DNA of 64,000 nt, from assembly GCA_964648205.1 (NCBI GenBank), contig CAZYNT010000001.1, positions 47,765-111,764 of the forward strand, given 5' to 3'. This document shows, one piece after another, positions 1-9,301 of the stretch. How positions within the stretch are numbered: position 1 is the first letter of the stretch; every line of letters begins with the position of its first letter. Made by a program: the position numbers and the translations under genes. This DNA comes from an uncultured Gammaproteobacteria bacterium (GTDB taxonomy: Bacteria; Patescibacteriota; Patescibacteriia; Patescibacteriales; UBA12465). Under the pieces are notes generated by a model, which saw nothing but the letters and a program-made list of their open reading frames with translations, ran no database searches and was not told the DNA's origin.

Positions 1-313
1 ATTTTTTTGAATTACAACCACAAAAATTACGAAAATTTAGATAAACAAAATTTGTTTGAACGGAAAAATCTTTGTTAACTTCAACAGAATACCTTTCAAC
101 ATTAAAAACTAAAGACTCTTCAGAATTATCACCATAACTCAGAATACAAGGACTACCTACCGGCAAATCAAATTGGTTAACTTCTTTTTTAAAGTGAGTG
201 TAAGATAAACTTTTCCCTCTAAATAATTCTCTCCGAGAAAATTCTTCCTCTAACTCATTACACAAACTTGAGTCTTTTAAAGACGCAAAACTAAGTACTA
301 AAATTTTTTTCAT
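1..313 (-). CDS. Hypothetical protein, partial (start codon in window at 311-313, continues past the window start)
   Basis: Open minus-strand frame from the ATG (MKKILVLSFASLKDSSLCNELEEEF...) with no stop before position 1. No recognisable motif. Confidence 0.35.
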   Translation of the reverse strand, partial: MKKILVLSFASLKDSSLCNELEEEFSRRELFRGKSLSYTHFKKEVNQFDLPVGSPCILSYGDNSEESLVFNVERYSVEVNKDFSVQTNFVYLNFRNFCGCNSKK

Positions 314-503
314 TTCAAAATATTTTTGTTAAGGTTAAAGAATATTGTTAAAGAATAATAAAAAAATAAGTATAATTGCTATATTCTTGTCAATGCACGG
401 GATGGAGGTGTTGCGCCCCCGCTTGAGGATTTGGAGTCCCCTGTACTACTGTTATACTAATCCCGCAATCCTCCGGCTTGGCCGGAGTATATGATTAAAA
501 AAA

Positions 504-1031
504 TTAATAATTCTCTGCCAAGAGCTCAAAGAAAGCTTGAGGGTGGCTGCAGGCCGGGCAGGAAGCCGGCGCCTCGAGACCCTCATGAATATGACCGCAA
601 TTAGCGCATTTCCAACGTTTGATTTCCGGCTTTTTAAACACTTCCCCTTTTTCAATATTCTCCAATAACTTGCGGTAGCGCTTCTCATGCGCTCTTTCTA
701 CTTCCGCCACTTCCTTGAATAGGCGGGCGACATCTTCGTGACCCTCTTCAAGCGCTTCTTTTTCCATAGTCGGATACATCGTCGTATTTTCATAATTCTC
801 TCCTTCGGCAGCAGCTTTTAAATTGGCGGCGACTTCTCCTATTAGGCCCAATTGTTTAGCCCAAATTTTGGCATGTTCTTTTTCATTATTCGCGGTTTCC
901 TCGAAAAGAGAGGCGATTTGCTCATAGCCAGCTTTGCGCGCGACTGAAGCAAAATAGGTATATTTATTTCTGGCCATGGATTCGCCGGCAAACGCGGCTT
1001 CTAAATTTTTTTGTGTTTTTGGTCCGAACAT
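504..1031 (-). CDS. rbr: Rubrerythrin (ferritin-like diiron domain plus C-terminal rubredoxin-like CxxC...CxxC)
   Basis: ORF translation has the diiron E..E..H pattern and the C-terminal CANCGH...CPACSH zinc ribbon. Confidence 0.9.
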   Translation of the reverse strand: MFGPKTQKNLEAAFAGESMARNKYTYFASVARKAGYEQIASLFEETANNEKEHAKIWAKQLGLIGEVAANLKAAAEGENYENTTMYPTMEKEALEEGHEDVARLFKEVAEVERAHEKRYRKLLENIEKGEVFKKPEIKRWKCANCGHIHEGLEAPASCPACSHPQAFFELLAENY

Positions 1032-1051
1032 AAATTTAAAATTAATTTATA

Positions 1052-2176
1052 TTAAGATTTATTCTTAAAACTTTTCGGCCTATCTTCTATGGCTTCTTTC
1101 TTAGCCTCTTCGCATCCCGTCCCCTCCAGGCTCCCGCAGAATTCTAATTCATAAAGATGTAAAACGGTTACGGCCAAAGCAACGATTAGCGGCCCCAAGA
1201 TCACCCCCCAGAAACCGAATACGACAATACCGCCTAAAATAGAAAATAAGACAAAAATCGGGTTTATCTCTGCTTTGTCTTTTATCATATAGGCGCGGAC
1301 GATATTATCGGTAGTGCCGATGACAATCGCTCCCCACAGAAAAATAAATATACCTTGCCAAATATCACCAATCAAGAGGTAAAAAATTCCGACCGGAACA
1401 TAAAAAATCATCGAACCGAGATACGGAATTAGAGACAATAGGGCGACCAATATCCCGGCGAGAAACGCCGGAAAACCGACGATCGCAAAACCAATAGCGC
1501 CGACTACGCCCTGGGCGATAGCGGCGACGAAAGTCGAAACGAAAGTCGTGTAGCTGACTGCGCGGAATTTACGGAAGAGCTCTTGATCATATTTATTCGG
1601 AAGTGGCGACAAATACATGAAGCGCGTCAGCATTTTTTTCCCGTCCACGAAAAAGAAGAACATCGCCAGTATTATAAGTACTATGGAAACCAAAAAATTT
1701 GTCGTTTCGACGATGGCAAAAGTCGCGCCGGACAGCAGCCAATCGCTTGATTGCTTGAGCGTGCTTAAAAATGCATCCTGGAAAGCTTGGTCTTGAAAAT
1801 TATATTTATCGAGGTTTAAATAGCGCAAAGCACTATTTTGGAAAAAATCATTTCGAAAAACATCATTTAAATTATGGTCGCTGAAAAAAGAAACAGTTTC
1901 ATTATAAGCCGCCACTGATTTATCGGCGCCGTAAACAATCAGACGGATAGTCGGGAGAATGATAACGGCTACCAATAGCAGACACATCAGGATAGCGGCC
2001 AAATTGCGCCGCCCTTTTAAAAATCTAGCGAGAGCGTTGAACGGACGATAAAAAATAGTGGCCAGTATTGCCGCTACTAAAATCTCCGTGAGAAACGGCC
2101 TAAACACCAAGTAGCAGCCGATGATGACCAGAAGGACAAGAATCAGCAGAAAAGGCTTGGTTAAATTTTTAGGCAT
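1052..2176 (-). CDS. AI-2E family (PerM/UPF0118) membrane transporter
   Basis: 374 aa polytopic membrane protein with AI-2E-like topology and a conserved glycine-rich C-terminal half. Judged by eye. Confidence 0.7.
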   Translation of the reverse strand: MPKNLTKPFLLILVLLVIIGCYLVFRPFLTEILVAAILATIFYRPFNALARFLKGRRNLAAILMCLLLVAVIILPTIRLIVYGADKSVAAYNETVSFFSDHNLNDVFRNDFFQNSALRYLNLDKYNFQDQAFQDAFLSTLKQSSDWLLSGATFAIVETTNFLVSIVLIILAMFFFFVDGKKMLTRFMYLSPLPNKYDQELFRKFRAVSYTTFVSTFVAAIAQGVVGAIGFAIVGFPAFLAGILVALLSLIPYLGSMIFYVPVGIFYLLIGDIWQGIFIFLWGAIVIGTTDNIVRAYMIKDKAEINPIFVLFSILGGIVVFGFWGVILGPLIVALAVTVLHLYELEFCGSLEGTGCEEAKKEAIEDRPKSFKNKS

Positions 2177-2182
2177 ATTAAA

Positions 2183-2338
2183 TTATTTAGTTTCTTTATG
2201 TAAAGTATGTTTTTTACATTTGTTGCAAAACTTCATCATTTCCAGGCGTTCTTTCAAAATTTTTTTATTTTTATGAGAATGGTAGTTTGTCGTCTTGCAA
2301 ACAGTACATTCTAACTTCATCATGTTGTCTTGGGACAT
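2183..2338 (-). CDS. rpmG: 50S ribosomal protein L33
   Basis: Manual translation of the minus strand gives [51 protein letters not shown] (51 aa) with the L33 CxxC...CxxC zinc ribbon and a KHTLHKETK tail. It is absent from the ORF track because it is under 60 aa. Confidence 0.8.
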   Translation of the reverse strand: MSQDNMMKLECTVCKTTNYHSHKNKKILKERLEMMKFCNKCKKHTLHKETK

Positions 2339-2440
2339 ATTTTTCTTAAAATTAATTTATATATAAACAATATAGAAAAACGAGCTAAAAGTCAACCTGG
2401 GGCGGATAGAATTATTTAGTTATTCCTGGCTAAATTTTCT

Positions 2441-3316
2441 TTATTTTTGGCAATTCGGACAATAATGGGTTCCGCGGCCGGCCAGTTTGATGCGCCTGAT
2501 TTTACGGCCGCAAACCAAACAGTTTTCCTGGTGGCGGCCATAGACCTTTAAAAATTGGGAAAAATTGCCTTTTTGGCCCCGAGAATCTACATAATTATTG
2601 AATGTCGTGCCTCGATAAGCAATCGCTTTTTTTATTAATTTGTTGATTTCTTTAGTTAGCATCATTACTTCTCCGGCTTTCAATTTATTCGCTTTCCTGA
2701 GCGGACTAATTTTAGCGCCAAAAAGAGATTCGTCAACATATATATTGCCGAGTCCGGCGATTAACTTTTGATTCAGAAGCACCGCCTTGATATTAGTTTT
2801 CCGGGATGCAAAAATATTTTGCAGCCGGCTGGCCGTGAATTCTTCAGTCAAAGGCTCCGGCCCATAGCTGCTAATCAGTATTTTTTCCAAACCAGCTTGA
2901 TCTGCCAGCTTTAGATAGCCGAATTTTCTCAGATCATTAAAAAATAACCGCCCGCCGCCCGTAAATGAAAATTCCGCGCGCGTATGTTTATTCGGGAGTT
3001 TTCCGCCGACTGATTTTTCATAGAATCCGGAATTTAAACTGTGCCCGCCGACAATTTTTATTTTCGGCGATTGATAAATTAACTGGCCGGTCATCTTTAG
3101 GTGGATTAAAAGAAAAAAACCGTTTTCAAAAGAGAAAATTAATAGCTTGCCTCTCCTGCCGATAGAGGCCAGCCGGCGCCCGACCAAGATTTTTTTAAAA
3201 AAAGCCGCAGAGTGCGATGCGGTTTTATGAGAAAAAATTTTAAGCGCCTTAATTTTCTGGCCGATAAGCACGCTCAAATCACGTCGGATAGTTTCAACTT
3301 CTGGCAATTCGGGCAT
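2441..3316 (-). CDS. mutM: Formamidopyrimidine-DNA glycosylase (Fpg/MutM)
   Basis: N-terminal MPELPEVE catalytic Pro2/Glu3, an H2TH region and a C-terminal CxxC...CxxC zinc finger (LVCGRKI...HYCPNCQK). Confidence 0.9.
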   Translation of the reverse strand: MPELPEVETIRRDLSVLIGQKIKALKIFSHKTASHSAAFFKKILVGRRLASIGRRGKLLIFSFENGFFLLIHLKMTGQLIYQSPKIKIVGGHSLNSGFYEKSVGGKLPNKHTRAEFSFTGGGRLFFNDLRKFGYLKLADQAGLEKILISSYGPEPLTEEFTASRLQNIFASRKTNIKAVLLNQKLIAGLGNIYVDESLFGAKISPLRKANKLKAGEVMMLTKEINKLIKKAIAYRGTTFNNYVDSRGQKGNFSQFLKVYGRHQENCLVCGRKIRRIKLAGRGTHYCPNCQK

Positions 3317-3432
3317 ATTCTAGAAAGATAATAAAATAATAATCACGATTGCAAGCGCCGCAAAGAGGGCGGCAAATATCTTTACCAGGCTAAGACCCAG
3401 TTTGTCTGGATTGAATAATGGCATAATAATGA

Positions 3433-3516
3433 GGTGGGCCGAGTTGGATTCGAACCAACGAAGGCGTGAGCCAGCAGATTTACAGTCTGCCCCAGTTGAC
3501 CGCTTTGGTATCGACC
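3433..3516 (-). tRNA. tRNA-Tyr (anticodon GTA), long variable arm
   Basis: Reverse complement folds as GGGTCGA acceptor, D arm, anticodon loop CTGTAAA, a long variable arm, T arm GGTTCGAATCC and acceptor TCGGCCC-A. CCA is not encoded. Confidence 0.8.
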
Positions 3517-3617
3517 CTATTTTCTTATAATCCTTGTCTTATAATAAAAAAAATATCAACTCTTGTCAAACCGAACGAACCAAGCATCGGCCGCCGTTGA
3601 TATTTTTTAAAATTTTT

Positions 3618-3992
3618 TTATTTTACAGCTAAAATCAGGACGCGAACCAAACCATAGGAAGCGAAAATAATTACCAAGCCGATGGCTGACCAAATTATAA
3701 TATCGCGCCCTTTTTTAATTTTTTCCGCGCTGCCGCCGGATATCATCCAGGTTAGTCCCCCATAAATAAACATCAACAAGGCGATTGAACCGACTACTCC
3801 TAAAACAGAATTGATTATTTTAGCAATTAAAAGCTGCGGAGTTTTTGTCTCTCCCAAGGGGTTTTCCAGACAAGTGGCACAGGGGGTTTTAGGCGAATTA
3901 GTATTCGAATTGCCCGGTGCCACATCTGCTAAAGCCAGAGAAAATGGAATTAATATCAAAGCTGAAAACGAAATAAATAAAAACTTTTTCAT
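3618..3992 (-). CDS. Small secreted two-TM protein with TrbC/VirB2 pilin-like architecture
   Basis: Signal peptide, a Cys pair (CATC), then two hydrophobic helices separated by a short GG..SAEKIKKGRD loop. This layout is typical of VirB2-like small proteins that are common in small-genome bacteria. Confidence 0.4.
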   Translation of the reverse strand: MKKFLFISFSALILIPFSLALADVAPGNSNTNSPKTPCATCLENPLGETKTPQLLIAKIINSVLGVVGSIALLMFIYGGLTWMISGGSAEKIKKGRDIIIWSAIGLVIIFASYGLVRVLILAVK

Positions 3993-4107
3993 GTTTTTAG
4001 TGATAATTATTATTTAATATTATACCATATCATTAAAGAAAAAAAAACAGGCTGACCGAAATGGTGGTCAACCTGTGTAGAGTAGTGAAATGCTCTGGCT
4101 TAAGAAC

Positions 4108-5298
4108 TTACGAGCTTAATTTCAAGCTCATCTGTTCTTTGCTTAAGTTTTTCACTTTAAAAGTGTATTTCCCGGGCCAAGGCTTGCCGTCCCAGGAGTG
4201 AGCGATAGTTCCGTCCTTATAGGTAAGGATGAATGTCGCTTTTCTATTCGTAAACGTGTATGAGAGGCACTGGCCGCTGATTTTCAGCCAGCCCGATTCT
4301 TCGCCGTCGGCGAGATTAAGGGGATATTCTCCGGCCTGCCAATACTCAGTCACAGATTCTTCCGGCTGAGAACTGGGGATCGTTTCTTCCGAAGTGGTTT
4401 CGGGGTCCAATTCTATAGCTTCCCGCGAACCGATTTCCACCAAATCAACTTCGACCCACATCTTCTTGCCACCAACATAAGATCCGTTCGCTTTGGGCAA
4501 ACGGATTTCCACGAAACCCTGTCCGTTATATTCGAAGATCTCATTCTTGTGACTGACAAGCAGGAAAACATCATCCTTTTTAAGGTTGACGTTTATATCC
4601 CTGAGCACAGGGATATCATTAATGAGCTTTTTTTTGTAAGCTACTCGGACATCCTTTTTCAGATGTCCATATGTAGCGGTCGAATACGATTTGATGCGCA
4701 GACTTCCGCGATCGGCAGCCGTATTTTCCGCACCGCCAATCGCCTTCAAGAAACCAGTGTTGGCGCGATAAGTATCAGGAAAAATGTATTTGATTCCGGT
4801 AATGATAAGCAAGATAACGACGATGGGGAAAACGAGTTTTTCCAAAGCGTTAATCTTTACAGTCATCCCCGAAAAGATACCGACCGCCAAGGCAGTTAGA
4901 AGAATCAGTTTAAAACTCGATATAGTGTCCGGATAAAGAACACCGAGAAAACCGACAAAACATAACCAAGCGGCTAAAGCTTTAATCGATTTCGGAAAAG
5001 TTTTTACCCGGAAAATCCTGAGGATTATTCCTGCCGGTAGCCAGATGGCGTAAACCAAACCGGCAGCCAGGCCGAAAGCCAAACCTTTATAGACTCCCGA
5101 GGGGATAAACAGACCCGTGAAAACGAGCAGAACGATTACGCCCAGAACAACCAGCGCGGCAATCGAGTAGAGGCGGACGAAGTTTGCGGCTATCGTCGAT
5201 ATATTTGCCCCTGCATTCATAATGAAATTGCGGAATGTCGGCCAAGCGATAAAAAGTGTAATGGCGACAATGATTAAAAGCCAGAATATAGTTGACAT
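4108..5298 (-). CDS. Hypothetical membrane protein (N-terminal polytopic domain, C-terminal soluble beta-rich domain)
   Basis: 396 aa. First ~200 aa is strongly hydrophobic with several TM helices. C-terminal half is hydrophilic with no recognised motif. Confidence 0.5.
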   Translation of the reverse strand: MSTIFWLLIIVAITLFIAWPTFRNFIMNAGANISTIAANFVRLYSIAALVVLGVIVLLVFTGLFIPSGVYKGLAFGLAAGLVYAIWLPAGIILRIFRVKTFPKSIKALAAWLCFVGFLGVLYPDTISSFKLILLTALAVGIFSGMTVKINALEKLVFPIVVILLIITGIKYIFPDTYRANTGFLKAIGGAENTAADRGSLRIKSYSTATYGHLKKDVRVAYKKKLINDIPVLRDINVNLKKDDVFLLVSHKNEIFEYNGQGFVEIRLPKANGSYVGGKKMWVEVDLVEIGSREAIELDPETTSEETIPSSQPEESVTEYWQAGEYPLNLADGEESGWLKISGQCLSYTFTNRKATFILTYKDGTIAHSWDGKPWPGKYTFKVKNLSKEQMSLKLSS

Positions 5299-5329
5299 TT
5301 TTTGGTCTCCTTTTTCTTTTAGTTTCTTT

Positions 5330-5998
5330 TTATCTTCTCATTTTTCTTGCCCACCGATCAAGAAAGTTTTCCTGCGTCATCCTGGCTTCCAAATCTCCTT
5401 TCAGAGAATCAACGCTAGTCTTGACTTCATCCAAAACTTTCTTTACCTCGGGGTGATTCACTACGGCATTATAGCCCTTAGCTATATTTTCAGCCGTTTC
5501 TTTAATCCTCTTGTCCGAGGTATCGAGGGAGTTGCTGGCCTGGAAAAAGGCCTTAATTTGGTTTTTATTCATTTTCGCGAGTAAAGCGATAACCTGCGCG
5601 CCGCGGATATTAGCGGTTACAGTCGTTTCCTTGAAAACCTGTTTGCCTTTCTTATCGGTAACAGCTACTCCGTTTTCTACGATAGGGGTCTCAATCTTAC
5701 AGACTTGTTCGCTCTGGCCGATAATTTCAATTACGCGCCGCCTTTCATTGGCCGGCAGGCTGTTTATAACAATTATAATTTTGGCGATCTCGGCCGGGGT
5801 GACTTTAAACTCCGTCATCGCGTAACTGCAGGCTCCCTGGAAAAGTGCTTCGTCATGGACGCCGCGGCCACCAGTATGAGCCTTAAGAAAATCTTCACCG
5901 CTTTTTTTAAGCGGTTCTTTTACTGCGTCCAGGGCTTTGATAATAAACCCTTCAATCCCGCCTTCAAGGATGGCGTTTCCTATTGTCCTTGCATTCAT
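5330..5998 (-). CDS. Hypothetical protein
   Basis: 222 aa hydrophilic ORF immediately upstream of the previous gene on the minus strand. No motif recognised. Confidence 0.45.
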   Translation of the reverse strand: MNARTIGNAILEGGIEGFIIKALDAVKEPLKKSGEDFLKAHTGGRGVHDEALFQGACSYAMTEFKVTPAEIAKIIIVINSLPANERRRVIEIIGQSEQVCKIETPIVENGVAVTDKKGKQVFKETTVTANIRGAQVIALLAKMNKNQIKAFFQASNSLDTSDKRIKETAENIAKGYNAVVNHPEVKKVLDEVKTSVDSLKGDLEARMTQENFLDRWARKMRR

Positions 5999-6221
5999 GT
6001 TTTGGTCTCCTATATTTTTTGTTTGTTTTCAGTTTTTAAAGGGCTTTTTTGCCTAAGCATCCGAGCCTCATTGTTCAAATAATTATATCACTTTTTATTA
6101 TTTCTGTCAACTATTTAGCAACTACACAAAAATGTCCGAAACAAATACTTGTTCATTATAAAATAATTGACTAATAATAAACAAAAAAACCGCCTAAATA
6201 GCGATTCTTTTTATAAAACAG

Positions 6222-6295
6222 GAGCCGTTGACCGGGATTGAACCGGTGACCTTCTCCTTACCATGGAGATGCTCTACCAGCTGAGCTACAACGGC
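6222..6295 (-). tRNA. tRNA-Thr (anticodon GGT)
   Basis: Reverse complement GCCGTTGTAGCTCAGCTGGTAGAGCATCTCCATGGTAAGGAGAAGGTCACCGGTTCAATCCCGGTCAACGGCT is a cloverleaf with anticodon loop ATGGTAA. Confidence 0.8.
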
Positions 6296-6307
6296 GGTTT
6301 TTTGATG

Positions 6308-7114
6308 CTATAAATTTTTTATCTTCTCCTGCCAGTCGGACAATTTATTATTCTCCGGATTAACCGCCGCTAATTTCTCAAGTGAAGCGGCCGCCAATTC
6401 TTTATCTTTTTTTATTATACTTAAATCCAAAATTAAATCAAGGTAACGCGGGCTGTTCGGCTCTAAATCAAGCGCTTCGCGGACGCTTTCCAGAGCCGAA
6501 TCCAAGTCTCCCGCCTCCCTTTCAACCCAAGACAGAGAAAAATAAATTTCCTGGAGAGTTAATCCTTCCATAATCGTTTCATCGTCTTTATTTTGGCGCG
6601 CCAGTTTCAAAGCATATTCGTAGGTTTGCCTGGCCTCCGACCATTTCTTCTGTTCATCATAAAGCGAACCGAGTTTAAAGAAAGCCGACAAATTTTTTTG
6701 ATCCAAACTGATAATCTCCACTAATTTTTCTTCCGCTTCACTGAAATTTTCCTTTTTAAGCGCGTCGGCGTAAGCGATAAAAAGATCCTTGATCCTTTTC
6801 TGCTTCTCGATAAAAGGAATTTTGGCCGCGCTCTTATAATTCAATTTAATTTTCTTCAACTGCTCCTGCGATGATTTAAGGAACAACGAAATCCTCCGGC
6901 TCATAGCCAGCCAAAACCGAGCCGCCCTGCCCCCCAAGCGAGCCAAATCTCTTTCAACTTTTTGCTTGATAATCTGATCCTTAAACTTGGCCTCTTTTTC
7001 GCCCGGCATATTATTAATATCCAAAATCGCCAAAGCGGGGAATTTTTTTAAAATTATCACTAAAATAATAACCAAGCAAAGTCCAATTAAAATAATAGAG
7101 AAAATAGTGGGCAT
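6308..7114 (-). CDS. Tetratricopeptide-repeat protein with N-terminal TM anchor
   Basis: N-terminal hydrophobic helix followed by repeated TPR-like helical pairs (W..A...Y..AL.L...). Confidence 0.65.
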   Translation of the reverse strand: MPTIFSIILIGLCLVIILVIILKKFPALAILDINNMPGEKEAKFKDQIIKQKVERDLARLGGRAARFWLAMSRRISLFLKSSQEQLKKIKLNYKSAAKIPFIEKQKRIKDLFIAYADALKKENFSEAEEKLVEIISLDQKNLSAFFKLGSLYDEQKKWSEARQTYEYALKLARQNKDDETIMEGLTLQEIYFSLSWVEREAGDLDSALESVREALDLEPNSPRYLDLILDLSIIKKDKELAAASLEKLAAVNPENNKLSDWQEKIKNL

Positions 7115-7130
7115 ATATTTTTTAATCTGT

Positions 7131-7868
7131 TTATTTTATGATTTTAGAAAATTCCGCTATTTTCAAACTGGCGCCGCCGACAAGTAGGCCGTCGATATTC
7201 TCCCGGCCAAGAAAACTTGCTGCGTTCAGCTCATTAACGCTTCCTCCGTATATCACGCGCACTGATTTATGTAAAATTTCGCCGGCTTGATTCTTGATAA
7301 ATTTCTGTATTTCATCAGCCTCGGCAGGCATGATCGGCTTCGCGTTTTTATTCGTGCTTATCGCCCAAACCGGCTCATAAGCTATGACTAAATCGTTAGC
7401 GGTTTTAATCTTGACTCCTTTTAAGGCGTGGCGCAGCTCCGCCCGCAAATATTCCTTGGTCTGTCCCGCCTCCCTTTCGGCTAATTTTTCCCCGATGCAC
7501 AGAACTGGAACTAGTTTATTTATAAGAGCCGCTTTAATTTTACTGTTGATAATAGATGAATTTTCATGCAGATACTCGCGTCTTTCGCTGTGGCCTAAAA
7601 TAACATATTTAACGCCCAAAGTTTTTAAGCTGGCTGGCGAAACTTCACCGGTATAGGCGCCTTTGGCGGAAACCGCGCTGTCCTGCGCTCCCAAAATAAA
7701 CCGGGTCGGCTTTAAAATCGGACCAACAAACGGCAAAGCGGCATAATCCGGACAAACGACCACATCATTATTATAGATTTTTATTTTCTTTGCCAACTGC
7801 CGCGCCAGTGCCAAACTTTCTTTAATGGTCATCTGCATCTTCCAATTAGCCATGATTAATTTTTTCAT
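7131..7868 (-). CDS. tpiA: Triosephosphate isomerase
   Basis: MANWKMQ N-terminus, catalytic GHSERR, and AYEPVWAI and GGS motifs. Confidence 0.9.
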   Translation of the reverse strand: MKKLIMANWKMQMTIKESLALARQLAKKIKIYNNDVVVCPDYAALPFVGPILKPTRFILGAQDSAVSAKGAYTGEVSPASLKTLGVKYVILGHSERREYLHENSSIINSKIKAALINKLVPVLCIGEKLAEREAGQTKEYLRAELRHALKGVKIKTANDLVIAYEPVWAISTNKNAKPIMPAEADEIQKFIKNQAGEILHKSVRVIYGGSVNELNAASFLGRENIDGLLVGGASLKIAEFSKIIK

Positions 7869-7874
7869 ATGCTT

Positions 7875-8801
7875 TTAATTTTTTAAATCCTGCGCCCACT
7901 TGATGGTACGTTTAATCCCATCTCCTAAATCGACCTGCGGCGCCCAATCCAAGACTTCCTGAGCGCGGGTATAGCTTAGGCAGCTTCTTCTTTGTTCGCC
8001 CGGTTTGGCCGGCATTTCTTTTATTTTAACCGGGGCATCAAGCGCTTTGGCAATCCCTTCGCGGATATCAAGCAGGTTGGTTTCAATGCCGGAGCCGATA
8101 TTTATTTCCCCTCGGCAATCAATATTAAGCGCGAGGAATAAGCCGCGCACGACATCATCAACATAAACAAAATCCCGCGTCTGCCGCCCGTCGCCATATT
8201 GGAAACTTTCTAAATTCTTCACCGCATTATCAATGAAAATAGCAATCACCCCCGCTTCTCCGCCTTTAAACTGGCGCGGCCCGTAAACATTGGCGAAGCG
8301 CAAAACCGTATAATTCAAGCCGTAGACCTGGTAATAATAGTTCAAATATTTTTCCAGGGTAAGCTTGTGGATGCCATAGGGAGAAACCGGATAAGTCGGG
8401 GCTGTTTCCGGCGTCGGTATTTCCTCGGCGTCGCCATAAATTGCGCCTCCGGTTGAAGCCATAATTATTTTCTTCACTTTATTAAGATGCGAGTTCTGGA
8501 TAATATTCAATCCTCCTAGCACATTTATCTTATTATCATATTCCGGTTTTTCGACGGAAACGCGCACGTCAATCTGGGCGGCTAAATGATAGACAAAATC
8601 AAATTTTTCCTTTTTAAAAATCTTGGCGATCTTAGGCGAGCAGATATCCGCTTCGTAAAAAGTCGCCTGAGGATTTATATACTCTTTTTTGCCCGAAGAC
8701 AAATCATCAATAACGACAACTTCGTGCCTCTCGGCTATTAATTTATCCACTAGAGTCGAACCGATAAACCCGGCGCCGCCGGTAACAAGTATTTTTGACA
8801 T
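7875..8801 (-). CDS. NAD-dependent epimerase/dehydratase (UDP-glucose 4-epimerase-like)
   Basis: Rossmann motif VTGGAGFIGS and YxxxK active-site region. Start set at the second Met (MSKILVTGG) rather than the track start at 8819. Confidence 0.8.
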   Translation of the reverse strand: MSKILVTGGAGFIGSTLVDKLIAERHEVVVIDDLSSGKKEYINPQATFYEADICSPKIAKIFKKEKFDFVYHLAAQIDVRVSVEKPEYDNKINVLGGLNIIQNSHLNKVKKIIMASTGGAIYGDAEEIPTPETAPTYPVSPYGIHKLTLEKYLNYYYQVYGLNYTVLRFANVYGPRQFKGGEAGVIAIFIDNAVKNLESFQYGDGRQTRDFVYVDDVVRGLFLALNIDCRGEINIGSGIETNLLDIREGIAKALDAPVKIKEMPAKPGEQRRSCLSYTRAQEVLDWAPQVDLGDGIKRTIKWAQDLKN

Positions 8802-8825
8802 ATAACGATATGATAACATTATTTT

Positions 8826-8859
8826 TGGATAAAAAAAACCCCGAACGTAATCTTGTTCG
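8826..8859 (-). terminator. Intrinsic terminator (minus strand) ending about 25 nt upstream of the epimerase start
   Basis: Minus strand reads CACCCCGAACAAGATTACGTTCGGGG followed by TTTTTTTT. Confidence 0.7.
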
Positions 8860-9060
8860 GGGTGCCTCTTCGTGGAATTTTTTTCCTTTGAATTAAGCCC
8901 CGTGGGCGTAGGGGCGGCCGGCGGATCAGTGTTTTTTCGTCTTTGACGAAAACGGCTGACCGCGAATAATGTGCTTTCTCATGGCGTTTTTTTTGGTTTT
9001 GTTTTGACCGAACGTCAGCGTGACGCCGGGCATACTGGATCAAGCCATCGGTCATAGACC
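8860..9060 (-). ncRNA. GC-rich structured leader or small RNA of unknown class (candidate riboswitch/attenuator aptamer region)
   Basis: About 200 nt, far more GC-rich than the surroundings, with at least four strong hairpins on the minus strand. It sits directly upstream of the terminator at 8826-8859. No motif of a known riboswitch class was recognised. Confidence 0.3.
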
Positions 9061-9301
9061 ATGGCTAAAAAAACGGTAATTACACTATACACTATAAATA
9101 ATTTTTTGTCAAGATTAATGACTAATTTACATCAATAAATACCTCGTTTTTAAGCTCTTTTTCACCCTTGCTTTCATATAATTTTTTTGCTAAAATAATG
9201 GTAGATAATTAATTAATTCAGTCTGTTAACCAAGTAGAAAAAACAACCTAAAAATACCCAAAATAACGGGAATTTTTTGTTTTTAATTCTGTTTATAAAA
9301 T

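Noticed and set aside
452-688. 78-aa minus-strand ORF overlapping the rubrerythrin 3' end
   Set aside because: Alternative frame of the rubrerythrin gene and the GC-rich downstream region. Its composition is not protein-like.
8819-9055. 78-aa minus-strand ORF upstream of the epimerase
   Set aside because: Arg/Pro-rich translation of a GC-rich structured region. It reads through an intrinsic terminator hairpin. Interpreted as non-coding leader or small RNA instead.
8826-9060. tmRNA or SRP RNA identity for the GC-rich leader
   Set aside because: A short frame ending ...RPYAHGA-stop is present. But the 3' end is a Rho-independent terminator, not a tRNA-like acceptor/T-arm with CCA. No GGAA-tetraloop/AGCAGC SRP helix-8 motif was found, and no RNase P P4 motif (AGGAAAGTCCGGGC).
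9060-9300. Chromosomal replication origin near gyrB or dnaB
   Set aside because: No cluster of DnaA-box-like 9-mers (TTATCCACA/TGTGGATAA) was found upstream of gyrB or dnaB. There was only a single one-mismatch candidate at 8824-8832. dnaA and dnaN are not in the window.
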